Below are positions 38,940-52,797 of a stretch of 64,000 nt of DNA, one piece after another. Position numbers and translations under genes: made by a program. The stretch lies in the NCBI RefSeq assembly GCF_004010195.1, contig NC_057719.1, positions 60,961,365-61,025,364 on the forward strand. Reading direction: 5' to 3'. This DNA is from Chiloscyllium plagiosum (Eukaryota). How positions within the stretch are numbered: position 1 is the stretch's first letter; the number at the start of each line of letters is the position of its first letter. The notes under the pieces are model-generated. The model searched no databases and was not told the origin of the DNA. It saw only the letters and a program-made list of their open reading frames with translations.

Positions 38940-39540
38940 GGTCATCTACAGCTTGGGCAAGCAGATCAAGAGCATCTCCTCATACTGTGAGGAGCTGATT
39001 GTTGGGCACCTTGCGACCTGCTTCATCTCCTTCCGTTCTATTATGGTCTATTCTCTCCTGCACTGAGGAAAAAGGAGAGATTAAAAAAGGTGAAATTGGG
39101 TGACACAGCTGTTGGTGCTGGTGGTGGTGTAGGTGCAGTAAGGTGGTGACGTATCCCAAATAAATGAGAAGTAGTTGGAGAGACCATACAGGATTTGTAG
39201 TATGGGGGTATTGGGTGGGTGAAGTCATGAAAGTGGTAGAGCATTAGTAAGAGTTGGTGCAATCTCAGGGATGCAGTGAATGTAAGGTAGCGGAGAAAAG
39301 ATGGTGGCACGTAGCTTGACAGAGAAGGTTACTGATGTTATTTTGCACTGCTTGCATTCTTCAAGAAGGTATTGACCCGGCTGGCAATCTCGAATCAGGC
39401 TGTTGGCGTCTGGTGTTGTGGTATTATCTGACAGTCCCGGGGAACTAGATTACACTTCTCTGCACCAAACTATCCACAGGACCTCCAAGATCCTGTCCAC
39501 AAAATGGGGCACCAGTTTTCCTTTCACTGCCCAATCCAGG
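38940..39540 (-). mobile_element. Harbinger Myb/SANT-like gene relic with a probable intron
   Basis: KGKLVPHFVDRILEVL..EIASRVN; after a pyrimidine tract ending tgcag, ERIDHNRTEGDEAGRKVPNNQLLTV*GDALDL (cf. HNxRERxxTGGGxPxIxxLTxxEExAL). Confidence 0.55.
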
Positions 39541-40067
39541 ACAAGTGTCATGGACCATGCAAGGGTGGCTCCAGTTGGCTTGCATTTCTCTAGATGCTGA
39601 ACAGCCTTTTAAAGATGTTGCAAGTTAATGATCTATTCCAGGATATCCTGGCAGTGATACGTTTTTCTGGTTATGGCAAGTGGTAATCCAGAATCCATTT
39701 AGCATTGGATGAGAGGGGCACAATAGGAAGGCAGTAGGTGGTTAATGAGGTGAATCTTCAATGATAGCTTGAAAAATGTAGCAAGGTCTTATGGGGTGAA
39801 TCCTCTGTGAAACTTAACAAAAATTACACAGAGTCAAAATAACAAAATATTCAACTTCCATCTTTCTTTTACCATTTTACCTATTTTGACCATAATGTGT
39901 AAGAGCTTAATTACACTTGTACACATTATGCTTTCCAGTCACACATCGTTTATCATTATCCATATCACAACTCTGCACTGTTGCCTGTCCTTTCTCATTA
40001 ATTTCCAAAATCTCCTGTCGCTCAAACACACCTGTCTCCCTCAAACCAGAGGGAATCCTGAGGGCCA

Positions 40068-41452
40068 TGATTTGCATGTATTTGGAAAGGCAAGGACTGA
40101 TTAGGGATAGTCAACATGACTTTGTGCGTGGGAAATCATGTCTCACGAATTTGATCGAGTTTTTTGAAGAAGGAACAAAGAGGATTGATGAGGGCAGAGT
40201 GGTGGATATGATCTATTTGGGCTTCAGTAAGGCCTTCAACAAGGTTCCCCATTGGAGGCTGGTTAGCAAGGTTAGAGTTCATTGAATCCAAGGAGAACTA
40301 GCCATCTGGATACAGAACTGGCTCAAAGGTAGAAGGCAGAGGATGTTGGTGGAGGGTTGCTTTTCAGCCTGGAGGCCTGTGACCATTGGAGTGCCATAAA
40401 GATCTGTGCTGGGTCCACTACTTTTCATCATTTATGTAAATTATTTGGATATGAACATAGGAAGAATAGTTAGTGAATTTGCAGATGACACCAAAATTTG
40501 AGGTGTAGTGGGCAGAGAAGAAGGTTACCTCAGATTACAACGGGATCTCGATCAGATGGGTGAATACACTGAGGAGTGTCAGATGGAGTTTAATTTAGAT
40601 AAATGTGACCTTCTACATTTTGGAAAAGCAAATCTTAGCAGGACTTATACACTTAATGGTAAGGCCCTCAGGTGTGTTGCTGAACAAAGAGACTTGGAGT
40701 GCAGGTTCATAGCTTCTTTAAGTAGAGTCACAGGTAGAATGGATAATGAAGGCGGCGTTTGGTATGCTTTCTTTCCTTGATCAGAGTACTGAGTATTGGA
40801 GTTGGGAGGTCATGTTGTGGCTGTGCAGGACTATCGGAAGGATATTGTGAAACTTGGAAGGATTCAGAAAAGAAAGTTGCCAGGGTTAGTGGATTTGAGC
40901 TATAGGGAGAGGCTGAATAGCTGTGCAGGACTATCGGAAGGATATTGTGAAACTTGGAAGGATTCAGAAAAGATTGACAAGAAAGTTGCCAGGGTTAGTG
41001 GATTTGAGCTATAGGGAGAGGCTGAATAGGCTGGGGCTATTTTCCCTGGAGCATCGGAGGCAGAGAGGGTGACCTTACAGAGGTTTATAGAAGCACGAGG
41101 GGCATGGATAAGGTAAATAGAAAAAGTCTTTTCCCTGGCGTGGGGGGGCGGGGGAGTCCATAACTAGAGGGCATAGATTTAGGGTGAGAGGGGAAAGATA
41201 TAAAAGGGACCTAAAGGGTAACCTTTTCATGCAGAAGCTGTTGTGTGTATGGAATGAACTGCCAGAGGAAGTGGTGGAGGCTGGTACAATTGCAACATTT
41301 AAAAGGCATCTGGATGGGTATATGAATAGGGAGGATTTGGAGGGATATGGGCCAAGTGGTGGCAAATGTGACGAGATCAGATCAGGATATCTGATTGGCA
41401 TGGACGAGTTGGACCAAAGGATCTGTTTCCATGCTGTACACCTGTATGACTC
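40068..41452 (+). mobile_element. HER1/CR1 LINE, 5'-truncated, with internal tandem duplication
   Basis: LIRDSQHDFVRGKSCLTNL..FNKVPH; 40821-40920 repeated at 40921-41029; HER1 3' UTR. Confidence 0.93.
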
Positions 41453-43724
41453 AAAACCCATTCATTGTTAAGCTTAAAACCTTCACGACAGCCAAAGTTA
41501 CACAATCTGCTCGGACCTTGATTCCAGTGTGGTTCACTTGAAGGCCATTCCAAATGGAACAGGTTTCTCTTTTTGCAGTTCTAACATCAGGGCTTTACGA
41601 ATTAATAAATATTTCTCCTACTCAAATCTTTAATTATAATTTTCAGAATTTAAGTCTATTAATGCATTGGAACTAAATTACTATATTATGAATTTAAACC
41701 ATTTAGTTCTGGCAGCAAACTGGTTACAAAATCCCGAAGGTTTACTCCCAACAATCAACTTGAAATCAAAGCCACTGGTGTGCACTAACACTGATTCTAA
41801 ACTTTCTAAGATTACCAACAGGTCAGCTATTCCACCCAATTGCACCATGCCACTCATTTTTCAGGAGTCTGCTGTATTTCCAAGTCTGATTGACCACACA
41901 CCTTTCTACACTGTGGAATTCTTTTCCACTCGTCTGGAACATAGAAATACTTTCTTCACTGATCGTAGTTTCCACTAGTTCTTTACCAGATCCCAACAAT
42001 GATCAGCATTGGAATTTCAAAATCTACCTCCGCCCTGACATCATATAATTGAAATGGGAAGAAGATCTAGCCTTTAAAATAGCGGCTTGAAAATAGTAAT
42101 GGCAAAGACCTATTGTAACTGTATCCCTGTTCTTCAGTCGATTCTGGTTGATACCGCAGCTTGATTCTGCTTGCATGGTCAGCAAATTCAAGAACGTTAC
42201 AGTTTGGCACAATATTAAATTTCAGGAGAAAAAATCCAAATCAATAAATTAGCAACTTAAATAAATGATTTATGAGTAAAAATTACCACAGAATGTGCAT
42301 TGAACATTTAAACTTGATTGGGAGTTTGAATGCAAAAGGAAATGTTTTTTGCACTTGTTTCATTTTGAAGAAACTGACAATAAAGACTATGTAATGCACA
42401 AAATCATTTTCTAATTCAGAGAGAAAATAAATTTATCATGTCGAGGTCGCATGGGAAATTTTCTAATCTTAGAATATCGCATGAGAAGGCACTTTCATGG
42501 TATTCCCTTCAGCAATGCAATTATGGTTCAGCCTAATTCTGTCATAATAAAATGTGAATGACATCTTTTCAGAAAAGTCAAAAGATAAAAAATGGTATAT
42601 TCAATATCAATACTTCACTCGTATCAAATATTCTAATATGCATTTTTATTTAGACAAATCAGCCAAGTTTGTTGATCTCAGAAGGCTTGAAATTGTGAAT
42701 AATTTATGGCTAAGTTTAGAAATTGAGTTGATACCCACATTCCATAAACTACAATCCCGTACATATATTTTTCAAAAAATGCATTAATACTTTAAAGAAA
42801 TACACTTTTCATTGTTTAAGATTACAAAATAAATGAGCAAACTTTTTTGTTTAAATCTTTAACTGTTCTGGGATCACAAATGTCAATGTGAATTATGAAC
42901 CAAACCCAAATGGATGCAATTATGCTTGGTGGGAATCGTGTTGTTTCGGAATAAGATTGGTTCTACAAGGAAATCAGTAGTCTAGAAGAAACCAAAGGCA
43001 ATTTCCCGACTTATTTTAGTCACAGAAAGCCTATGGGTGTAGGCATCTTTTCATAATTAGTTTTGTAATTACTGCAGTTTCACTTACTGTCATTCAATTT
43101 GAGTAATACCATGGTTTGGGAATGAGCTCCCATATCCACAGCTGCCTAAATAACAACTCATTTACATGTCATAATCTGCAAATTTCTAGCCATGCTTTTG
43201 TCCAAGTAGAAGTGCATTGCTAACACCCAAATGGTGCCTTCAGTATCCTAAATAATTAACATTTGCTACAATACTACTTCTTACCCAACAATCTTAAATA
43301 ATCCCAACTCTCAACAATAAAATGCATATCATTTCATGTGATCACTTCTCACTGCTTATGAATAAAACAGTAAAAGGGGAATGCTTCTTTAGTGATTTAA
43401 AATCCAACTGTGTTCTCCAAACAAAACAACAGTTAATAATAATTTATTTCAATGTGAGATTTGAGTTTTATTAGTCAACAGTACAACATTAGGATCTCAG
43501 TTTTGTATTTACAGCAAATCCTGGATGAAGCATTCTCCCTACAGCTGTACCTTCACACCTCCAAACAGTCTCCATCTTATGGTTTAATTTTCATCTTGTC
43601 ATTAGTGATTTAGTTGTGAATAATATCACAAGGTGGTAGACAGCAGCTGCCTGATGAAACATGGGTCAAGTCAAATTGCAATATGCTAAATGAACTGTAC
43701 AAATCAAGAATATTTTCTGTGTTT

Positions 43725-44115
43725 TTTTATTTACGGGATATGTATACCATTGACCAAGTCAGCATATATTGTCCTTCCTTAATAGTCCTGAGCAGATGGT
43801 AGTCAGCCTACTTGAACTGATGTATTGCATATCGTAAAGGTACCTGCCAAGCAGCCATTGTTGAATACAGTCATTTGTGCAATACTCTTAAAATTTCTCA
43901 TTGACTGTGCCATATGAATTAGGAACAATAAGATGTCCATTTAATTTGATACAACTGGTTGGCTTGCAAGGCATTTCAGAGATCACTTCAAAGTCTGAAG
44001 TCACTTATGCAGTAGACAATGTATCAATAATAGGCTTGCTTTGTTAAAGGGTATTAGTAAACCAAGTCGGTTTTAATGACAATCCAGGAGTTTCATGGTT
44101 ATCATTCCTAATACT
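43725..44115 (-). mobile_element. Decayed short derivative of the tRNA-headed LINE
   Basis: Reverse complement of the 3' tail and of the tctgaaatgcc..gcaagcca and ggtttactaataccc segments. Confidence 0.5.
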
Positions 44116-44985
44116 TTGACTTCATTTTCATTTTAAAATGTGTCTCTCTTGCTTTTCAAAGTCATCTAAGCATTCTCTAAAGACATTGGGATTACCAAAG
44201 AAAACAGATATATCACATCTTGTGTGTTAGAATGCTCATTTCGTATTTCAACAGCATCGCCTCCAATTTATCATGGTCATTCCAAGAGAGAAACATTAGT
44301 CTTACTCCAATATTAGATATATATTGCACTAAAGAACATAGACATATTGAGCAGAAAATAACACATATCTCTTCAGATCATCACAGTTGTGTTGTACTTC
44401 AAGTTGTGACTGAACAGACCATGAATTTACACATGTTTGAAAAAACTGCCTTGACACACCAATCATCATTGTTGCTATGGGAACCAAGTGGTGCAAACCA
44501 AAATTCAACATTAAGCAACAATATTAATGTTTTATTAATAAATACAAGTACTCAATGAAGGATGTTAATTAGGAACAGCAAACACAGGTATGTACAAGAA
44601 GTTAAGATTAAATACATTATTAGAATGAATGAAGTGGGAATTCATGTTCTCTCCATTTCATTTATGCTTTGAATTACACTCTCAAATCAATTTAAGGTCA
44701 AAATGATGTAAAAGGCTGGCCACAATGTGTGGCACTGCAAAGAATACTAACAGGTAACTGCAATACAGGACTTGAAATGCGAACATTTTTCACTTCAAAG
44801 TTATAAAAATATGGAAATGTTTTGGTGTTTTAACAATATAATATTCTATCGTGCATGTTCCTTTCCTATCAATATTCTTACTGAGGATGGTCAAGATTTT
44901 AATTTCCGTATTGAAATCATGCTATCACATGCACAAATAGCAAAAGGTTGCTGCCAATGAATCAGCTATGTGCACTTCAGAACTA

Positions 44986-45190
44986 GGGGAGGCAATGCCC
45001 TTGTGGTATTATCACTACATTATTGATCCAAAAAATCAGTTAATGTTCTGGGAACAGCAGATGATAGAATTTGAAATCAATAAACAATATCTGGAATTAA
45101 GAATCTACCGATGACCATGAAACAACTGTTCAGAAAAACACATCTCGTTCACTAATATCCTTCAGGGCGGGAAATTGGCCATCCTCATCT
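44986..45190 (+). mobile_element. tRNA-headed SINE-like copy (head + 5' body)
   Basis: gggaggcaatgcccttgtggtattatcact..gaatttgaaatcaat..gatgaccatgaaac..ttcactaatatccttcaggg, homologous to 5341-5560. Confidence 0.7.
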
Positions 45191-45334
45191 AGAAAAAACG
45201 CAATGATGTTTTATATTGGAAATTTAATTACACAACTTGGAAATATTCATGAATGAAATGCTGTGAATCAAATCACTTGATAATATTGCAATACAAAAAC
45301 TGTTGTAAATGTCAATTCAATTGTAACAGTTACA

Positions 45335-45655
45335 GGTGGGCAATAGCCTAGTGCTATTATTACTGGACTATTATTTAAGAGACTCTGGTAATATCCTAAG
45401 CACCTGGGTGCGAATTCCACCATGACAGATAGTCGAATTTGAATTCATTGAGGGACAAAAGTCTGGAACCAATGATGAGCATGAATCCATTGTTGATTAT
45501 TGGAAAAATTCATCTGAAAAACTCATCTTTCCTTCCTTTCAGGGAAGGAAATCGGCCATCCTCATTTGGCCTGGCACACATGTGACTTCAGACCCACAAC
45601 AATGTGGTTGATTCTTAGACTGCCAGTGACACCTTCATCCCATGAATGAACTGAA
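45335..45655 (+). mobile_element. tRNA-headed SINE-like copy (head + body + LINE 3' tail)
   Basis: Homologous to 5341-5615, then gccagtgacaccttcatcccatgaatgaa, matching the LINE 3' end at about 9095-9125. Confidence 0.7.
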
Positions 45656-46559
45656 AAAATGTTTAAATGTACTTCAAAGCATTTTTGATGGGAAAAATGA
45701 TATGATATGAGAAACCTGAGTATCTGCAATACATTTTAGTAAATTGTAAGTTTTATATTCTATACGTTTTTAGAATTTAGTCCTGGTTCAGTGTTTATAA
45801 GCAGTGTTAGAAGTGTTGAACTAACATTTTTCAGGTGTTTTGAGATTAGCTGATCTTTTGTTCTCGTATGAAAATCGTGCAGTGATTGCTATACAAAATT
45901 ATATGTTTGAATTTCTTTATTAGTAAATTTATGAATATTGAAATTAAATGGCTTAATTGATGAAAAGAATCATTTTTAGTGTAGCCAATTCTCACACCTC
46001 AAAAAGCTTAATTTTCTCTGTGAAATTGATTTAACTATTCTGATGAACTGCATAATCAGGAAAGCCCTGGCTAAATGAACATTTGGTTAGCAGCTGCTGT
46101 CATTTTACCTTGCATTAATTCAAATAATAATGTTAACAGCTTTTTTTTTTAAATAGAGGCAATTAGCCAAAATGCTTCTTCAGATGTTGGATCAAGTTGG
46201 TTCAATTAGCTGGCAATTTTAAAGATCCACTGAAGAACATTTTTTTCTGAGGACACTGACAAATATTCACTATTTTGTTTTCTCGTTCATGATGTTAGAT
46301 TTAGGATTCAAGTGTTTATTAAATAGTCTGTTTGAGGTTGAATGAACATTTTCTAAAATATCAATTATTTTGCTACCTAAATTGTTAAAACTTTTATGAA
46401 TCCCAAATGACATTATATGTGATTGATCATGGTAAACTATCGCTCTTCATCCTTATAATTTTGGCACAAATGATCAAATTGTTCCCTTCCAACATCTGTC
46501 ATCTGTCATCTGACTTGAGAAGCATGTGCTCTTCTGGATTCCAGTTCCAGCTCAAGTTA

Positions 46560-46835
46560 AAGGACACTCGTGAGTCTGTTTTTGAAACAGTGTGTGCAGT
46601 ATTGGTCACCTTATTTGGGGAAGCATGCAAGTGTATTGTATGTAGTTAAGAGAAGGTTTATTAAGTTAATACTTGGAACTGGTGGGTCATTATTAGGAAA
46701 TATAAGGAGAGGCTAGGCTTGCTAACATTGCACTTTAGAAAAGTAACAGGTGACAAGATCAAAACATACAGAAACCTTTGGAATCTTATTAAGGCAGGTG
46801 TGGAGAGGATGCTTCTTCTTATAGGAGAATCTAAA
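46560..46835 (+). mobile_element. Very old CR1 C-terminal relic
   Basis: tgtgtgcagtattggtcacct (CVQYWSP), YKERLGLL, ggtgacaagatcaaaacatac. Confidence 0.55.
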
Positions 46836-47295
46836 ACTACACATTTATGGCAGGAGATGCCGATCATGGTTCCTTCAGTAATGTAGAAAATACTTTAAGT
46901 CAACCAAAGTCTTCATAATTCAGGATAGTCAGGGAATGTAAACCACATCCATTTCTCACAGAAGATTGTGGAGAACATTCAGATGTATCATCTCAGTTAG
47001 GATATTTGAGATGATATTAATGCATGAACAGGTTACTTTAAAAGTGATGGCACTTTCTACTGCCCTCAATTAATCCTTTGACATGCTAATCACTTTGTAA
47101 GATCATCCCTTTAGTACCAACTTGTCCCTCTTTGTAATCGACAACTCCATAGATCTTTACCAATATATGGCATCACCAAATGAACAATTTGTGCATTGCT
47201 TTAAGTATGTAGTGCCAACCCCTCCTTCCCCCCAGTGACTTAATATCATTCCAAATGTCCTAACTTATACATCTGAATGTTCTCCAAACTCTTAC

Positions 47296-48467
47296 AGTCA
47301 TAGAGATGTACAGCATGGAAACAGACCCTTCGGTCCAACCCATCCATTCCGACCAGATATCCCAACCCAATCTAGTCCCACCTGTCAGTACCTGGCCCAT
47401 ATCCCTCCAAACCCTACCTATTCATAATACCCATCCAAATGCCTCTTAAATGTTGCCATTGTACAGCCTTCACCATTTCCTCTGGCAGCTCATTCCATAC
47501 ACATACCAACCTCTGTATGAAAACGTTGCCCCTTAGGTCTCTTTTATATATTTCCCCTCTCACCCTAAACCTATGCTCTCTAGTTCTGGACTCCCCCACC
47601 CCAGGGAAAAGACTTTGTCCATTTACCCTATCCATGCCCCTCATAATTTTTAAAATCTCTATAAGGTTACCCCTCAGCCTCCGACGCTCCAGGGAAAACA
47701 GCCCCAGCCTGTTCAGCCCCTCCCTGTAGCTCAGATCCTCCAACCCTAGCAACATCCTTATAAATCTTTTCTGAACCCTTTCAAGTTTCACAACATCTTT
47801 CCCATAGGAAGGAGACCAGAATTGCACGCAATATTCCAACAGTGGCATAACCAATGTCATGTACAGCCACAACATGACCTCCCATCTCCTGTACTCAATA
47901 CTCTGACCAATAAAGGAAAGCATACCAAACGCCTTCTTCACTATCCTATCTAACTGTGACTCCACTTTCAAGGAGCTATGAACCTGCACTCCAAGGTCTT
48001 TTTTTTCAGCAACACTCCCCAGGACCTTACCATTAAGTGTATTAGTCATGCTAAGATTTGCTTTCCCAAAATGCAGCACCTTGCATTTATCTGAATTAAA
48101 CTCCATCTGCCACTTCTCAGCCCATTGCCCCATCTGGTCCAGATCCTGTTGTAATCTGAGGAAACTTTCTTCGCTGTCCACTACATTTCCAAGTTTGGTA
48201 TCATCTGCAAACTTACAAAATGTACCTCTTATGCTTGCATCCAAATCATTTATATAAATGACAAAAAGTAGAAGACCCAGCACCGATCCTTGTGACACTC
48301 ATTGGTCACAGGCCTCCAGTCTGAAAAACAACCTTCCACCACCACCCTCTGTTTTCTACCTTTAAGCCAGTTCTGTATCCAAATGGCTAGTTCTCCCTGT
48401 ATTCCATGAGATATAACCTTGCTAATCAGTCTCCCATGGGGAACCTTGTCGAAAGCCTTACTGAAGT
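47296..48467 (-). mobile_element. HER1/CR1 LINE, 5'-truncated; 294-aa open RT/C-terminal segment
   Basis: ORF 47414-48298 QGSVLG..FADDTKLG..LEYCVQFWSP; upstream FSKAFDKVPH in another frame. Confidence 0.95.
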
Positions 48468-48999
48468 TCTTCAATGAGCAATGGGTGTGGTTTGACATTC
48501 CCTGACTTAATGGGAAAAGTAGGAGTGGAATAGCAATCAGACTGTGATTGCAGCTCCTCAGAAAATCCACCCCATCAATGGATGTTAATGAGAATATTTC
48601 ATTAGAAGTAAATGTTAATAATTGGTGATTCTTGGTGGTTTGATGCACCAGAAAGGGAAACTGAAGACAGAAGGAGAATTTCCTGAAAAGCACACAGCAA
48701 GAGACCTGTACCAGTCAATCAGTGTCACAGACTGGCACCCTGAAGCAGATCACCTCTATGACATGAAAACCAGTGTTCTTATTAAGTTTTTAAAATTTTT
48801 ATATTTGTTATGCTAAACTTGATAAAATATTAAAACCTCATGAAAGCATATTTGTTATGGAATGAGTCTTGCAACCATTAAGGACTAGCAAATAAACTCA
48901 ATTGATAATAGTAATTGACACAGACTGTGCAATTAAAGTTAAAATGAACCCTAATATCTTACAACTGTGGTGAGATTCAACAAAATTAATGCTTCTGAA

Positions 49000-49620
49000 T
49001 GTTCTTTCAATCTATTCTTTTGGTTGCACTTCAGATTTCTTTCTCTCACTCTTGCTGCCATGACTATCTTCCTGCCTGGATTGTTTCCCTTCCATTGACT
49101 TTTCAAATCTGCCTTCAGTAATGAAAACCTTATTCTAGACTGTCTTCTCAATAATCTGTTTGTAGTAGTGTGCTGCAATAGATAAATTTTAAAATTTCCA
49201 GTTGGTGATTCAATGACAAATGATATTCCTTACAATTTGTACTTGACAAGAGCACACTTAACAATTTGTACTGTGTACTCCACTGGTCCATTTTGAAGCA
49301 GGATGATACAGTGAAACTCCAATGTGTTTTACTTCCTTTGTTCACAAGAATTTTGAATATGTTTCCGAACAAATCTGACGTCTGTTGTTGGACACAATTT
49401 CCTTTGGCAACCCATAAGCCATAAACAAACTATCTGGCATTTGCTAGCTATTGTTTGTTTCATCGGAAACCTTTCTCCTTTTTCACATATTCTGTACTGT
49501 TTCACCAAGTCTCTGGCATCCTTACCCACCAGACTCTTTATCAAACTCATATCTAAGTGTCATTCATAAAGATCACATCGGAACTGCAATCTGTACATTT
49601 CAGGAATTCCAATTTTAGCT
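49000..49620 (-). mobile_element. Gypsy integrase relic
   Basis: HLDMSLIKSL..DLVKQYRIC; FMAYGLPKEIVSNN..VKHIGVSLYHPAS/NGPVEYTVQIVKCAL (cf. YGLPxxIVSDNG..YHPASNGLAERxVQ). Confidence 0.7.
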
Positions 49621-49664
49621 CCATACATTACACAAGCTTTATAAACTGACATCTTGTATAAATA

Positions 49665-50310
49665 GGTGATCAGTTTCTGGTAAAGGCATTGGACTAATAT
49701 TCAGTACAGCTAATTTTGCAGAGTCCCAACCTAATATTCTGGGGACATGAGTTTGATTCCCACCATGGCAAATGATGAATTTTGTACTCAATAAAAATCT
49801 GAAGTTTATAAGTTGGTCCTATGGTGACCATGCAAAATGGGATGAAGTCCAAGATGAGGAGATATTATTTTACTCAGAGGCCTGTGAACTTTTGTAATTC
49901 TGAACCACAGAGGCCTTGGAAGCTTAGTCTTTGAGTATGTTTACGATAGAGATTGTACACCATTGACAATCAGAACTCAGAGTTATAAGGATTCACTGGG
50001 TAAAAAAACTCAATCAATCATGATCGTATTCAATGGCAGATGGGCTTGACGGGTTAAATGGCATACTTTTGTTCCTATTTTTCTGTTGTCAATTGTAAAT
50101 CTCCATCCAATTCACTTGTTTCCTTTTAGAAATCAAATTTGCCGTCCATGACTGGTCTGGCCTGCATGTGACTCAAGACCCACACCAAAGTGGTGAGCTT
50201 TTAACTGTCCTCTGAAATGGTCTAAAAGCAACTCAGTTCTAGAGCTATTAGGGATGCACAACAAAATGCTGGCCCAGCCTGTGATGCCCACATTCCATGG
50301 AAGACTATTA
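49665..50310 (+). mobile_element. tRNA-headed SINE-like copy, interrupted by a CR1 3' end (about 49845-50085)
   Basis: Head tctggggacatgagtttgattcccaccatggc; body ggtctggcctgcatgtgactcaagacccac; tail agggatgcacaacaaaatgctggcccagcc. Confidence 0.7.
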
Positions 50311-51521
50311 AAAAAAAGCATAAAAGTGACGAAATTTCAAAATCCATTCGTTCCGTTGGTCACTAATTTGTAATTTAGATGGATATCCTCCCAATAAAGA
50401 GTTCTTGCCACTTGTCCTACCAATGAATTCTGCTCTGACCAGCAACTCAGTTACATGTGAAAAGAAAATTACATCTTTCCTTTTGGGCTTTGCCTCTGAT
50501 TGGGGAATTGATCTCGACATTGCATTGGCATTGTAATGATATGTATTTAATGTCATACTGGTAAGCTGACAAACACAAAACTCATCTCTGCATTCAGGCT
50601 GCAGTTAAAGTAGGTCCTGGAAATAGCCATCAGTGGGCTATGGTAAATTTTGATTATGAAACTACAATCATTTTAATGGAAGCTACTTACTCCCAAAAGA
50701 AAGACTGCTTTGTGTTATATGTGAATTTAATTTTGCTCACTGACACTATATGAGATAACTGCAATACGACTCTCGCCACATAATCCAATTCAAGATCACA
50801 GCTCCTTACCTCAGCAGCATCGTATGATAGATTAATCTTTTGGGTTATGTTCTATGTACAAGCGATGTATCATTTGCCAATTTATTTTTACACAATTGAA
50901 TACTGTATCTAATTCCATGGAACACCCTTAATAATGGGTTGAATAGCTTCATTCAGTGCTGTCATGACTCACATGAACAACAACAAATAAACGTCTGCCA
51001 CTTGGCATTTTAAAACTGCTCTGCCATTCAATTGTCCAACTATTACCCATTGTTCTAGATTCTTCCACAAGAGGAGACATCCTTTCCAAATCCACCTGGT
51101 CAAGCCCCCTCAGGATCTTATATGTTTCAATTAAGTCATCTCTGACTCTTCTAAAAACCAGAGGATGCACAACTAACCTGTCTAGCATTTCCTTATAAAG
51201 GCAATCTGCTTATTTCAGATATTAGTCTAGTAAACAGCTGCCAATGCATTATTGTTCTTCCATAAGTATGATGACCAATGCTGTACACAATATTCCAGAT
51301 GATGTTTCATCAATGTCCTGTGTAACTGAAGTATAACCTCCTGCTCTTGCATTCAGTTACTCTCGTACTAAAATATAATACTGTATTAGCTTTCCAGATT
51401 ATTTGTTGTACTCTTTGATAAAACTGCATTTGCTCCACCTGACTGAATTTATCCAAGTGCACTGTTATAACATATTTAATAATAGCTTCTAACGTGTTCT
51501 CTAATGACAAATGTTAAGCTA

Positions 51522-52213
51522 GCAATAGACAATAGGTGCAGGAGTAGGCCATTCTGCCCTTCAAGCCAGCACCACCATTCACTATGATCATGGCTGATCA
51601 TCCTCAATCAGTATCCTGTTCCTGCCTTATCCCCATAACCCTTGATTCCACTATCCTTAAGAGTTCTATCCAATTCTTTCTTGAAAGTATTCAGAGACTT
51701 GGCCTCCACAGCTTTCTGGGGCAGAGTATTCCACACACTCACCACTCTCTGAATGAAAAGGTTTCTCCTCAACTCTGTTTTACATGGCCTACCCCTTATT
51801 TTTAAATTGTGTCCTCTGGTTCAGGACTCACCCATCAGCGGAAACATGCTTCCTGCCTCCAGAGTGTCCAATCCTTTAATAATCTTATACGTCTCAATCA
51901 GATTCCCTCAGCCTTCTAAACTCAAGGGTATACAAGCCCAGTCGCTCCAATCTTTCAACATAAGATAGTCCCGCCATTCCGGGAATTGACCTCGTGAACC
52001 TACGCCGCATTCCCTCAATAGCCAGAATGTCTTTCCTCAAATTTGGAGATCAAAACTGCACACAATATTCCAGGTGCGGTCTCACCAGGGCCCTGTACAG
52101 ATGCAGAAGAACCTCTTTGCTTCTATACTCAATTCCATTTGTTATGAAGGCCAGCATGCTATTAGCTTTCTTCATTGCCTGCTGTACCTGCATGCTTGCT
52201 TTCATTGACTGAT
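51522..52213 (-). mobile_element. Younger CR1 3' fragment, same family as 17147-18441
   Basis: Reverse complement closely matches about 17740-18441, including the tail aatagacaatag. Confidence 0.92.
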
Positions 52214-52797
52214 GAACTTTCATTAACTGGCTTGCAATTTCCTGCTTTCTGCCTCCCGTCCTTTTAAATAAAGGAGTTACATCAGCTATTTTCCAATCGA
52301 AAGGAACCTTCCATGAACCTTATGAGTTTTGAAAAATTAAAATCAATGCATCAACTATCGCACTAGCTACATCTTTTGAGATCCTAATATGAAATCCATC
52401 AGGACTCAGGGATTTGTCAACAGACAGTTCTAACAATTTACGAGCACTACTTCCCTGGTAACCGCAATTTTCTTGAATTTCTCCTTTACTTTCAATTCTT
52501 GATTTACAACTATTTCCGGGATGTTATTTGTATCCTTTCGAGTGAACACCAACACAAAATTTCAATTCAATTTGCCTGCCATCTCTTGATCCTCCATTAC
52601 TAATTTTCCAGACTCATTTTCTATCAGGCCAATGTTAACTTTGTTTACTTTACTTTTTTAAATATTGAAGAAAATGTTCCCATCTGCTTTTGTGATTTTG
52701 GCTAACATTCTCCTGTACCTAATGTTTTCCTCCTTATTGATCTTTGAGGAATTTCTTCAGGAATTCTTTGCTTTATTGTGTATTTTTCCCAATCCCT

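Noticed and set aside
41667..42212. Short ORFs on both strands in unique sequence (also 19449-19909, 44220-44558, 50308-50556)
   Set aside because: No recognisable domain or consistent splice structure; compatible with chance ORFs
47414..48298. 294-aa ORF as a functional gene
   Set aside because: 5'-truncated CR1 RT fragment, frameshifted from its upstream part
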